Shown: one piece after another, positions 43,970-54,008 of the stretch
Position numbering within the stretch: position 1 is the first letter of the stretch
How the letters are laid out: each line of letters begins with the position of its first letter
NCBI GenBank assembly: GCA_963796965.1
Contig: CAWCNS010000007.1
Location: 640,001 to 704,000, forward strand
DNA: 64,000 nt
Direction: 5' to 3'
Source: Calditrichia bacterium
GTDB lineage: Bacteria; Calditrichota; Calditrichia; JAJRVZ01
Made by a program: the position numbers and the translations under genes
Notes under the pieces: model-generated
What the model saw: only the letters and a program-made list of their open reading frames with translations
The model's database searches: none
What the model was told of the DNA's origin: nothing

Positions 43970-46102
43970 TTATTCAACTTTAAATTGTCTCTGACTTCTG
44001 ACTTTTTCACCCACAACTTTTATTTCAGCAACAAGGTTGTATTTCCCCGGCCGTGAGGGAAATTTAAGGGGGAGCGACATGGTTACTTTTCCAAGAGGTT
44101 TAAGCGAACAATAATTAACATGCTCGCGGATGATATTTTTTCCTTCCTCAATATAGAGCAACAATTCTCCCTGCCATTCATCGGATAAATCATTGATCAT
44201 GGTAACTTTTATGTCTTCATTCCGTCCAGGTTCTATTTTTTCCTCCCAGAAATCTATCATGACCCCTACAGGTGAGAATGCATCACGTACATATTTTTCA
44301 AAATGGGGTTCAAAGGTGAGTTTTTCCAAATCTATAAAATGATCGCTGGTTGCGCCACCTTCTGGTCGTGGCAATTCACCTGAACGGGCGTAGCCCAAAC
44401 CACAGAAATGAAGCACACCAGCATAATGCCGGCTTGATCGCCAAAACTCAGTCAGGGCTGCCAGGTAACGACCATATAAGGAGAACCTCTCTTGCGTTGT
44501 TGATTTGGGTCCAAAGTAATTATTATACCAGTTTTTTGTAAGGGTGGTGGTCGAACCATCACGATTTAGCCATAACCAGGCATACTCATTTATAAGAACT
44601 GGTATTTTATACCTGGTTTCGTTTGTATGAGCAGGCGGGATTGATGAAACTCCGCGAATTTTTTCAATTTGAAAAAAGTCTTTTCCGCTTTGAAATCCCC
44701 TGATGAAGAGATATGGATGTGATTCCATAACATCGTTGGCACTCTGGGGCGTTTCCCAACCATTCTCCCAGGGACGGTTAGAAAAGTCAAGATGACGCAC
44801 AGTCTGTATAGCCCTGCCCGTTTCTTTTGTACGACTCTCATTCTGTCCATCCCAAATTACCACTGAGGGATGATTCCACCTTTCACGCATCCAGGCTTGA
44901 TATTCCTCTTGTATAAAAGGACTTAGGGGATTTTCCGGTGCCTTGCTTAAAAGCCAGATTGGGAATTCATCCTGAATAAGAAAACCAACTTTATCTGCTA
45001 TACCATACCATTTTTCAGGTGGAAAACCAATACAATACCGGATAGAATTCCAATGCATGGTTTTGAATTTTTCATGTAATCGCTGTACCCATTCTGTCCG
45101 CCAGGGCCGATCTTTACGCAAAGAATCTTCAAAAAACCGATAGATACAGACATTGGTCCCTCTCATCATATAAGGCTTACCATTCAGAAGAGCCTTGCCT
45201 GTTTGCCTGTCAAATCGAAAACTACGCATCCCAAAAGGGATCTTTAAAGCATCAGATCCATTATTGACACTTATTTCATATAAGAAAGGATCTTCGGGTG
45301 ACCAGAGCCGGCAGTCTTCGACAGCAATGTTTTTACTTATTATTTGCTTTTGCCCTTTTTCCAACTTGATAATCGCGGAGGAATCAATTCCACTCATAAC
45401 ACTGGATAATTTTTCTTTAGTAGTGAAGGATAATTTACCTTCCCATGCATCAATCGTTGCTTCCAATTCAGTAATCACCTGAATAGATTTACTTTCTACC
45501 TGTGGAACGATCTGGACATTAACTATCCGGGGAGAACCACTGAGGATTAACTCCACATGATCATAAATACCAGGAATATATAAATACTTCTCAAAATCCC
45601 ATCCTGAAGGACGGCCTTCTGGTATTGACTCCCGGTTAGCTCCAACACGTATAATAATTTCATTATCTTCACCCCCATCAGTAAGAAATTTCCTGATATC
45701 AAAGTATCCTGGTGTGAAGCAGGGCCAATGTTCCGCAACAAACTGACCATTTACATAGAGTTGTGTGCCGTATTTGGCCTTATGTATTTTTAAGATTGCA
45801 ACATCTGAGACTGGCTGTTCTATAACAAATGTTTTTCGATACCAGAATGCTCCCCGTAGGTCACTTATTAATCCAACATCTTTAAAAGCCGGTTTCGCCA
45901 TGTCCATCAGACCTGGAACCGGAACAACATGGTCAAATGATTCCGGGATCTCATCCAGACTTCCCTGCGCAACTTGCCATTCCCCATCAAGATCGACAAC
46001 TTTTCTGGGGTGAATAGGTGATGAGGAACTAAGGACCTGATTAATAATAATTAGGGACAGAATCAGAAGAGATTGAATAAATTTATTTATCATTCGTAAC
46101 AT
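43970..46102 (-). CDS. Glycoside hydrolase family 2
   Basis: LDGEW, VPVPG, FWYRKTF, LWSPEDPFLY, FGMR, LNGKP..RGTN, NHPSVVIWDGQNE, NEY. Confidence 0.88.
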   Translation of the reverse strand: MLRMINKFIQSLLILSLIIINQVLSSSSPIHPRKVVDLDGEWQVAQGSLDEIPESFDHVVPVPGLMDMAKPAFKDVGLISDLRGAFWYRKTFVIEQPVSDVAILKIHKAKYGTQLYVNGQFVAEHWPCFTPGYFDIRKFLTDGGEDNEIIIRVGANRESIPEGRPSGWDFEKYLYIPGIYDHVELILSGSPRIVNVQIVPQVESKSIQVITELEATIDAWEGKLSFTTKEKLSSVMSGIDSSAIIKLEKGQKQIISKNIAVEDCRLWSPEDPFLYEISVNNGSDALKIPFGMRSFRFDRQTGKALLNGKPYMMRGTNVCIYRFFEDSLRKDRPWRTEWVQRLHEKFKTMHWNSIRYCIGFPPEKWYGIADKVGFLIQDEFPIWLLSKAPENPLSPFIQEEYQAWMRERWNHPSVVIWDGQNESRTKETGRAIQTVRHLDFSNRPWENGWETPQSANDVMESHPYLFIRGFQSGKDFFQIEKIRGVSSIPPAHTNETRYKIPVLINEYAWLWLNRDGSTTTLTKNWYNNYFGPKSTTQERFSLYGRYLAALTEFWRSSRHYAGVLHFCGLGYARSGELPRPEGGATSDHFIDLEKLTFEPHFEKYVRDAFSPVGVMIDFWEEKIEPGRNEDIKVTMINDLSDEWQGELLLYIEEGKNIIREHVNYCSLKPLGKVTMSLPLKFPSRPGKYNLVAEIKVVGEKVRSQRQFKVE

Positions 46103-46123
46103 CCTAATATTATTTTATGTTTC

Positions 46124-47149
46124 CTACCATTCATAAGTCCAAACATAGGTCGTATACTCAGTTTGGGGCGGATCATGAAAAATTTTATCACCAATCTTCT
46201 CGCCACAGCGGTTGGTTAATCGTATGCCATCCTGGAAGAACACCGGATCATCCTCATGCAAACGATAGGCAGAAAATTCATGCTTTTCTTTATCGAAGTG
46301 GGTCAACCCGGCAAGCATATTATGATATCTGCCCTTATTAAAATAATAAGTACCAAGAAAATAATCTTCTAATCCGGAGGAGAGAAAAAGAGGTTCAGAG
46401 TCCCCATCAATATAGGCGCGCACACAACTTTCCATAAAACTAAGATCCTTCCAATGCCCTGTATCTCTCAATCCTTTAGCCTGCATGGTCACTTGATAAA
46501 GCATCCCCGCGTTACCTGTTTCACAAATATTAAACTCTTCCAATGGCTCAGCGGTATAATTTTCCAACTTATGCAATTTAAGTCGTGCCGATTCAGGCAA
46601 TTGTATTCCGGAAAATTCAATTGGCAGATTTTCCGTACCCCTGACAATCCACCAAAAATGAGGAGATTCATCCGTTTCCGGATCTAGTTGTGCCGTGATT
46701 CTGATGCTCTTGCCAAAAGGGATTTTATAGGTATTATAAATACCGCTATCACCGCCAATATTACCCATTCGTTGCGTACCCCAGGGCGCAAATTTATCCC
46801 CAAATCCTATCCCATGGCCGAGAAATAATTGCATTTGGATGGACGCCTCTTTTTCACCATCGACATAGATACGAATGCACGTGTATGCAACATTCTTAAA
46901 ACTCCCTCCAAACCACATATGTGTCAAACATCCCTTACCGTTATATTTAAACAATTCTGCTTCTTCATCATTTTTTAAAATTCTCAGTTCTTTTCCCATG
47001 GTACCAAATGTCTTCAAAGAACTAATCGGATCTTTGCTATTTTGGATGGGCAATTGACCATCACCGCCTAAAACCGAAGATATAATCATCCCTATCATCA
47101 CCCCAATTAATAGTTGGTACATGCTATTATTTTCTCTTATTGAAATCAC
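46124..47149 (-). CDS. DUF2961 / GH172-like protein
   Basis: GCLTHMWFGG, IRIYVDGE, IPFGKSIRIT, SSGLEDYF, AYRLHEDDPVFF. Confidence 0.8.
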   Translation of the reverse strand: MISIRENNSMYQLLIGVMIGMIISSVLGGDGQLPIQNSKDPISSLKTFGTMGKELRILKNDEEAELFKYNGKGCLTHMWFGGSFKNVAYTCIRIYVDGEKEASIQMQLFLGHGIGFGDKFAPWGTQRMGNIGGDSGIYNTYKIPFGKSIRITAQLDPETDESPHFWWIVRGTENLPIEFSGIQLPESARLKLHKLENYTAEPLEEFNICETGNAGMLYQVTMQAKGLRDTGHWKDLSFMESCVRAYIDGDSEPLFLSSGLEDYFLGTYYFNKGRYHNMLAGLTHFDKEKHEFSAYRLHEDDPVFFQDGIRLTNRCGEKIGDKIFHDPPQTEYTTYVWTYEW

Positions 47150-47549
47150 AATGTAACCTCGCCGGTTTTTAAGAAAAAATGATTAGTTTTTTGTAATCTA
47201 ATTCGAATGGGATTTGTCTTCCGCCCCTGGTAAATCCGGGAAGATTTAATGGCGACATTTTGCAAAAATGTTCACTATATGCGTTTTACAGGCATATCCT
47301 GGGAATATGTACATTGTTCGTTTCTGTCAGCAGGTATCATTGTCGGTTGAACAAAGACACCTAAGAACGGGGAATGGATCATTTAGGATATTCCTACTTG
47401 TTTTCATGAACCACGACAACAACTGAGGCGTTTACCAATCGGTTGACTATAACGATATTTTTCTCTAATCCTTGCCAAAATTTACTAAACGCTGAAATTA
47501 CTATTTACTCGTTCCATCTGTCTCATACCTTTCTCTAGGTTTCTAAATA

Positions 47550-48155
47550 CTAAGGTTTTACAGATGGCCAGATATTTTTGCTTATCTCTAAATATCTGAA
47601 ATTGCATCGAAATCCTTTTCCTGATGGACTACAGGCATAGAACCCCATATCAACGCTTTCTCTATATTCATGCAGGTGTGCAATTCGCAACTGTATCCAC
47701 TGCTTACCATCCAGAGAATATTCAATCAGGAAATCCTCACTTTCTTTACTCATGCGATAATGCATTGATTTCACATCGGAAGATATATCCTGGGTAGCCC
47801 AGTCAGAAAAGCCAAGATTTGTCACAACGGAACCTAATCGGCTGATCTTATTATTCTCCAATTCGACAGAACACTTTATCCAGTTATTTCGATTTAATCT
47901 GGCAAACAAGCCACATTGATCATATTGTGCGGTTGGCTCAAAATCGACCTGGGTTTTTATAGAAAAATCTTCGGTCATTTTTGTGAGAAGACAATGTCCA
48001 TTATCCCGTCGAAAACCATAATGAGTTCCCTGCCAAAAATCCGTATCCGGTTTAGTAACGATATTAAGGCCATTCTCAAAATAGAACTCTTTTGGTTCAT
48101 TAAACCAAAAAAAATGATCAGGAATCCTCTCCTCTTTAAAATCATATACAGCCAT
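47550..48155 (-). CDS. DUF1349 family (ConA-like) protein
   Basis: WFNEP, TDFWQGTHYGFRRDNGH, YDQCGL, WIKCSVE, SVVTNLGFSDW, GFYACSP. Confidence 0.85.
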   Translation of the reverse strand: MAVYDFKEERIPDHFFWFNEPKEFYFENGLNIVTKPDTDFWQGTHYGFRRDNGHCLLTKMTEDFSIKTQVDFEPTAQYDQCGLFARLNRNNWIKCSVELENNKISRLGSVVTNLGFSDWATQDISSDVKSMHYRMSKESEDFLIEYSLDGKQWIQLRIAHLHEYRESVDMGFYACSPSGKGFRCNFRYLEISKNIWPSVKP

Positions 48156-48448
48156 TCTCAGATCTCCATTCTATTCTATCTGGGGTTATCCAATAGGCAC
48201 CAAATTTATAGTGTCCAGAATTTTTTTATTTGACACGATTTACAATAGGTAATATAATAATAAAAGAAATAACAAATTCTTAAAAATACAGACTTCGTGC
48301 TCTTCATACATTCTTAGTAATACTTCGTGAAATATTCTATCTCATGAAGAGCCAAAAAGAAATAGCGAAATCTTCGAAGTATTTTTTATTTAAATTAAGT
48401 AATCCTTTTCAGAGTGGCGAGAAGAAAAGTGAATGCACTCATAATAAT

Positions 48449-50485
48449 CTATTCTTCGACCCATGATGATTCCGTCACCGGAAACATGGAAACCCGGAAC
48501 TTAGTGATATTATACGGTACAAGGTTGATAACCGTTCTTTGACCACCCTGTACAGGTGCGGCCGGCAGCGGTTGCGGATCTGTTGGTTTCCAGCTGAATT
48601 TCACAGCCGGTACACTTAATTCTACCGGAGGATATTCTAATTGCCAGGACCATGGATCCGATCTCTTATTTTTCGTTACCTTTATACCTTCCTGAGGATT
48701 TTCAGGATCTACATCTAATGCATAATTTAAAGGTACCGTTTTTTTGACTTGATTCGCGCCGTTATCAGGAATTGGCAAAGCCATCAGCAGCGGTCCATAG
48801 TATATACTTGTGTAAGGATTGTTAATTTTCTTATTTGTCTTAGCTAACCGCCTTACTTTTTTAGACTTTTTAAAATATTTTATATCAGCATAATTCGTTG
48901 TTCTTCCCTGTCTTATGGTAACCGTCATAGGAAGTTCAAGTTCAATCCTATCGCCTGTTTTCCATGTACGATCAATCGTTAAAAAACCATTTTTTGCTGG
49001 TTCCATTATAAAGAGTTTACCATTAACTCGTATTGAAGGGTTTGGACACCAGGCTGGTAGTCTCAACATAAGGGGAAAAGTAACTTCTCCGTCAATACGA
49101 ATCATCATTTTAATAATTTCATTAAATGGATAATCGGTTTCAGATTGTATCTCTACCGATGTGTTGTTTATCTCAGTATTTAAGACTGAAGGACCATAAA
49201 GTAGAGCGACCAGACCGTTTTCCTTCGTTTTCATCCACATATGCATAATATAATTGGGAATGATGCGGTTAGAATTGCCAACACAACAAAGTACATCATG
49301 ACCAATATCTCTATAGGCATAGGAATCCATATGTACGCCCGGATGGTGGGGTCTGTCTTTGGGAGAGGTCATGTTAATACGATTAGCACATTGATAATAA
49401 CTCATGGTTTGAAAATCTCTGCTGACAGGAACTGGTCCGGCATTAAAAAATATTTTTTCTATGCGGTCGGCATATTCCCTTTTTCCCGTGATCCGCGTCA
49501 ACCAATTTAATGTCCAGGCTCCAGCGGCGACATTACAGGTTTCTATATTTCGGGTTGGTCCGATACCAGCTAAATATTCTTCGCCGGATACTAATCCCTG
49601 GGGGAGCAGGTGATCATTTTCCGCCCACTTTAGCGCTGCGATTGTCGCATTTAGATGGTCTTTTCGCCCACTTAAAAGCGAGCCAATAGCGGGTACACGA
49701 ATGTTTTCATAATAAATGACAGTATGACCAACAAAGAGACTGTCCTGGTTCCATCTTTCTACGACATTATTGAAATCCTTACGATTTGTAAAACCTTGGG
49801 CGGTCTCCTTAAGCTTTTTATTACCACTAAGGAAGTAGGTATCCATTATGGGATCAATATTCACACTACCATTCACATCATAAAAATTGGAATTCATCTC
49901 GGGCAGCGGATAGTTCTCATATACTTTTTCTAATGCAGCCAGGATGCGGGGCTCTTTGCTAGCCGTGTAATAAGCAACCATTGCCCGCCCCATATGGGAA
50001 TGGGCCCAATTATCAAAGGTGCTCTCTAATTGTGTGATGTTGCGCCAATAAATAAAAGAGGGCCCTCCATTGAGGACACCATCGACAATCGGATCCAGCC
50101 GTGATTTAGCCTTTGTTATTAAATAGTCATCATCAAGAATATAGGCCAGACGTACGAGACCATCCAACCAGTACGCACTTTGCTCCAGAGGCCAGTTGGT
50201 TCCTTCCTCTTTTGCTCCGCGAGCTTCGTAAGACTCTCCGGACCACCCCTTTTCAAAGGTCGTCGTTCTTTCATCAAGATGCCCCGTAATACCTTCTGCC
50301 GCTGTTTTGGCCCAATCCAGCAGCCAGCCATTCGGTTTTACAGCCCCTGGACCAAGGGGATAAAATTCCGGAGAAATTGCGATATCGAACTGAGTACTAA
50401 CCTCTCCCTTATCACAACCATAATATAGACCAGTTGTCAATAATACTGCAAAAACACAAAGGCCCCATTTTACTGGTATTTTCAT
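48449..50485 (-). CDS. GH127/GH146-like beta-L-arabinofuranosidase lipoprotein
   Basis: VKPNGWL, WPLEQ..YWLDG, GHTV, IETC, YADRIE, CCVGN, TDYPF, LRLPAW, GPL. Confidence 0.82.
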   Translation of the reverse strand: MKIPVKWGLCVFAVLLTTGLYYGCDKGEVSTQFDIAISPEFYPLGPGAVKPNGWLLDWAKTAAEGITGHLDERTTTFEKGWSGESYEARGAKEEGTNWPLEQSAYWLDGLVRLAYILDDDYLITKAKSRLDPIVDGVLNGGPSFIYWRNITQLESTFDNWAHSHMGRAMVAYYTASKEPRILAALEKVYENYPLPEMNSNFYDVNGSVNIDPIMDTYFLSGNKKLKETAQGFTNRKDFNNVVERWNQDSLFVGHTVIYYENIRVPAIGSLLSGRKDHLNATIAALKWAENDHLLPQGLVSGEEYLAGIGPTRNIETCNVAAGAWTLNWLTRITGKREYADRIEKIFFNAGPVPVSRDFQTMSYYQCANRINMTSPKDRPHHPGVHMDSYAYRDIGHDVLCCVGNSNRIIPNYIMHMWMKTKENGLVALLYGPSVLNTEINNTSVEIQSETDYPFNEIIKMMIRIDGEVTFPLMLRLPAWCPNPSIRVNGKLFIMEPAKNGFLTIDRTWKTGDRIELELPMTVTIRQGRTTNYADIKYFKKSKKVRRLAKTNKKINNPYTSIYYGPLLMALPIPDNGANQVKKTVPLNYALDVDPENPQEGIKVTKNKRSDPWSWQLEYPPVELSVPAVKFSWKPTDPQPLPAAPVQGGQRTVINLVPYNITKFRVSMFPVTESSWVEE

Positions 50486-50662
50486 GGATTAAACATCTCC
50501 ATCGCAATTTATTGGATTTCTGAAAAAATCTACCATACCGTAATCTTAAAGAAGTAAGTTATTTAATTGAACAATTAGGTTCAATAGAATAAAAAAAAGG
50601 GAGGTCAAAGACCTACGCCTTGGTCTCGACGCAATTAAGAGGTAGTGTGAAAATAAAAAATC

Positions 50663-50802
50663 AACCACGGAATTTCACAGAATAGCACGGATCTATTAAC
50701 TTTGAGTTGAGAAATGAGTATAATTGTTATAATATTTCAAATCTTTTATATAAACTCCCTGAATATCCGGCCTGTCCCGTTTCACGGGGGGATTTCCGTA
50801 GT
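50663..50802. repeat. Inverted pair of CACGGA/CACAGA-periodic arms; right arm carries a GCCTG hairpin insert
   Basis: AACCACGGAATTTCACAGAATAGCACGGA / ATATCCG[GCCTGTCCCGTTTCACGGGG]GGATTTCCGTAGT. Confidence 0.75.
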
Positions 50803-50934
50803 GAAAATGCTTTTTACACCGTCTTTTAATCGCATCGTTACAATTTACAATAAAAGTAGTATAAATTTCCCAAATGACAGGTGCTGATCTTTCTTCAAAG
50901 GTATTTCTCTGCAAGTACCATCAGCCTGCCTAAG

Positions 50935-51652
50935 TTATTCAATCCAGGTAAGATATGATTCAACGAGATCCCATCTATCCCCATTACGCTTGTAATTCGC
51001 TTCTCCGCCCTCAAAAACAATTCTAAAGTGCACTGAAGCTGAATCCAGATCTGAGTTAAGATAAATTGTATCTACTGCCGGATGGGTCAGATAGTGCCAG
51101 CCAAACCAATGACCAGGCATTATTCTCAAGTGCTTATTTAAAAACTCGTACCGTTCCTGAATATCGTCCGGATGTTTATCGCGATCCAGGAATGTATCCA
51201 GTTCATCACGGTATTTATCTGACAAATAGAGAGATAATTGATTGAATTTTAAATGCGGATGAAATATTGTTTCTTTTAGATTCTTTATATAATCCGTAGT
51301 AAAGGTGAAGTTAATCCTGGATTGAACAATAAAATAATTCAGATTTTGATAGATACCGGGTCCAAATTCCGGACATCGACCCGTTGTACAATAACAATTC
51401 AGGTCAAGTGGATTATAAAAGGCTATCATAGATTTCATAAACTGCTTTTAGTGTATCAGAAAGTTGCTCAAATTCATCTGCCGAAATGGGGTTACTTCTG
51501 GAATGCCATTTGAGCAGATAAGCAGTAAAATTTTCTTCTGAACCTGATTGATAAATCTCTTCCAAATTGTAAACAGCATTTGATGCATCCGTTGATGATT
51601 TACAAGATGATAGAATAAGAATGATTAAGAGAAGACCCAGATATTGTTTCAT
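50935..51652 (-). CDS. Hypothetical lipoprotein, frameshift near 51425
   Basis: Lipobox LSSC in the 79-aa ORF, continuing into the 167-aa ORF (GHWFGWHYLTHP...WIE). Confidence 0.6.
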
Positions 51653-51657
51653 TTTTA

Positions 51658-52838
51658 TTAGATCTGTAGTAAAAAACCGATACTTAAATTAACTCTTTTG
51701 ACATCAAAACTTGATGTTGAACTGGGGTAGGCAATTCACGAAAATGATGGTAGTGGGGAAATTAATGAGGACGTATAGTAATAATCACCATAGAGTGACC
51801 AGGTAGAAGCGGCATAAATGGAGAAATCTGTAAACTGAATCCCGGCTCCCAGACCTACCTGATGGTAGGCGAGTGTATTTTCACCGTTGTCAGAGATACG
51901 CTCGTTAAATTTCTGTGGAAAAAGGATCGTTTCATACATTATATAGACAGGTAACGATTTCTCATCCCAAACAAATTTATATCCTATACCAGCTGAGAGT
52001 AAGGATAATGCTGATTCATAGGCCTCCAACCATTGATATCCATAGCCTAACCCCATAGTCAAGTTATCATTTAGGTGATAGCCAAGACCCGCTTGTACTG
52101 ATGCTGAATATTCCTGCACCCTATCATACGACATTGTGGATTCGTTTTCTGCTTCCAATTTTGCGGGAAAATAAAACACCAGACCTAAAGACAAGGATTC
52201 GCTGGGATCATTTTGAATTCCGACATAAAACATATGGGTTGTGTAATTAGACTCATTTGACGAACAATCGACAGTAGGAACTTCAACGGAAATCTGCTGG
52301 TATTTCTGTATAATATGTGTCCAACCAAGACCGATTCTTAATTTTGATGATGGTTGAAGACCTAATCCCAAACTTGCCATGTGCATTTGAGCACTAAATC
52401 TATCAGACACGTCAGAATTGCCCAATTCATAATAATAGGGATTATTGCCCTTATAGGATGCCCCCAGGACTATGGGTATATTTTCAATCCGAAACGGTAT
52501 CGACAAGGCGAATAAATTTATATAAAATTCATTACTCTGCTGTTTAGGGACCTCAACAAATTCAAATGATGAGTGATTTATATAATTTCTGCCATAGTTC
52601 AAACTAATAAAGGCTTAAACTGCGAAAGTTGCGCAATGTTTGCGGGATTTTTAAATATATCAGGTATTGAGTCCGCCAGGGCGACCGAGGCCCCACCTAA
52701 CGTTTGTCCGATTGGAGTATAAGGATTGATATGTGGATTCATGATAATTTGGTTTGCCGGTCCATGGCTCAAGCAGTTATCAAATAGTAAGAAAGTGAAT
52801 AATATAACTATAATCCCCGACAGCCATAATTTTTGCAT
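51658..52838 (-). CDS. Outer-membrane beta-barrel (OmpP1/FadL/PorV-like), frameshifted
   Basis: LGGASVAL...FKNPANIA N-terminal motif; many amphipathic beta strands; terminal strand VNLSIGFLLQI in another frame. Confidence 0.65.
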
Positions 52839-52847
52839 TAAAACTCC

Positions 52848-53654
52848 TTATGCTTCTTGCACTGTCTCGAGGGAGAGGATAGAATTTACGATACGTACAT
52901 TTTCTTCGACCATATCATCCTTATCGCCACGATACATCCCCACATTAACCACATCGGTTTCTTTAATGCTCTCAAAGGCATACTCGAAGGCCATGCGTGC
53001 CTCTATTCTTCCTGAACCCATTATTTTATAACCAATACAAGGCTTTTTAATCGTCTGAATAGCCTGCACCGCAGAAGCCATATCAGCCAGTCGGAATATA
53101 TCACCCTTCCCTTCATGAATACTTTCGCAATGAAAAAAGCAAACCATATGAAAATCCACAAGATCAAGCTCATTTACCCATAAATGAGCCAGGGGATTAT
53201 GCCCGGCCACACCAACCGGTATTCCTAATGATCGTCCATATTCACACCAGGCTCGAACTGTTGACTCATCATTTTCAGCATAGGCCTTATCTGTCAAAGA
53301 ACCATGTAGAAATAAGGCTTTGCAGCCAAGATCCACCACCTCATTTGTTGATCCAATTATATCGGTTTTTTCCCGGCAGTTTACCTGGGCGATCCATTGC
53401 AGGGCCCCTCCATCAGCAAAATATTCTGAGAGAGTTTCTAGTATGCCAGGGGATTCATTATTCGTTACCATCGCATTGATACCTGCTGCCTCAGCACGGA
53501 ACCAGGTTTCTTTGATCCTGTCCCTGGTATAATAAGCCAGCATTTCCTCATTGCGTTCCAGGGTTTGATGACTGCCGCCAATAAAGGGATTGGCACCAAT
53601 AACCAGGCGGGTTATATTTAAGCCACAAAAATCTACTTTGGGTAATTGAGTCAT
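52848..53654 (-). CDS. Aldo/keto-reductase-like TIM-barrel protein
   Basis: ITRLVIGANPF.GGSH, AEAAGIN, LHGS, GVAGH, KPCIGYKIMGSGR, VGMY. Confidence 0.7.
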   Translation of the reverse strand: MTQLPKVDFCGLNITRLVIGANPFIGGSHQTLERNEEMLAYYTRDRIKETWFRAEAAGINAMVTNNESPGILETLSEYFADGGALQWIAQVNCREKTDIIGSTNEVVDLGCKALFLHGSLTDKAYAENDESTVRAWCEYGRSLGIPVGVAGHNPLAHLWVNELDLVDFHMVCFFHCESIHEGKGDIFRLADMASAVQAIQTIKKPCIGYKIMGSGRIEARMAFEYAFESIKETDVVNVGMYRGDKDDMVEENVRIVNSILSLETVQEA

Positions 53655-53790
53655 ATGTTTCTTTCAAATTTTCATAAATGTTATGGTAATATTTATCTCT
53701 CGCAGCGCCGCTACGCCGCAACGCTTAATATATTATTATATATTATTTGTTTTCTCTGTGTTCTGTTATGTTAAGTGTCAAGTTATTTTT

Positions 53791-54008
53791 GTTCTTTGAA
53801 AATTATGTCATCATTTAATCCTGGTTTAGGTATAGCCTTGGAATCGTAACTTTCTGTAATACGTGGCATCCCTCTGGGATCACACTCATAGGTTTTTCGT
53901 GTTTTTCTCTCGAGTCTCTTTCTCTGTTCGAATTTTAATTCTTACGCAGACCGAGGCGTCTCAAAAGAAAACGTTCCAGATTTCAAAGATACACCTGATT
54001 ATTTGTCA
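53791..54008 (-). ncRNA. Candidate bridge/seek RNA in the non-coding region downstream of the IS110 recombinase
   Basis: In transcript order: ACAGAGAA (target left plus core), GTGT (rc of target right), ATTACAGA (donor left, 7/8), ATACC (rc of donor right). RNA boundaries unknown. Confidence 0.65.

Noticed and set aside
47160..47530. Possible gene remnant or ncRNA in a 370-bp gap
   Set aside because: No recognisable protein motif in the frames read and only one small hairpin (47218-47243); cannot support a call.
50696..50914. 72-aa minus-strand ORF
   Set aside because: Its 3-prime half runs through a repeat arm and insert; no RBS or recognisable family.
1..53654. Dedicated 3-keto-glycoside oxidation/elimination operon
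   Set aside because: The Gfo/Idh/MocA, FAD oxidoreductase, TIM epimerase and AKR-like genes are scattered over 50 kb and no DUF1080 hydratase was recognised.
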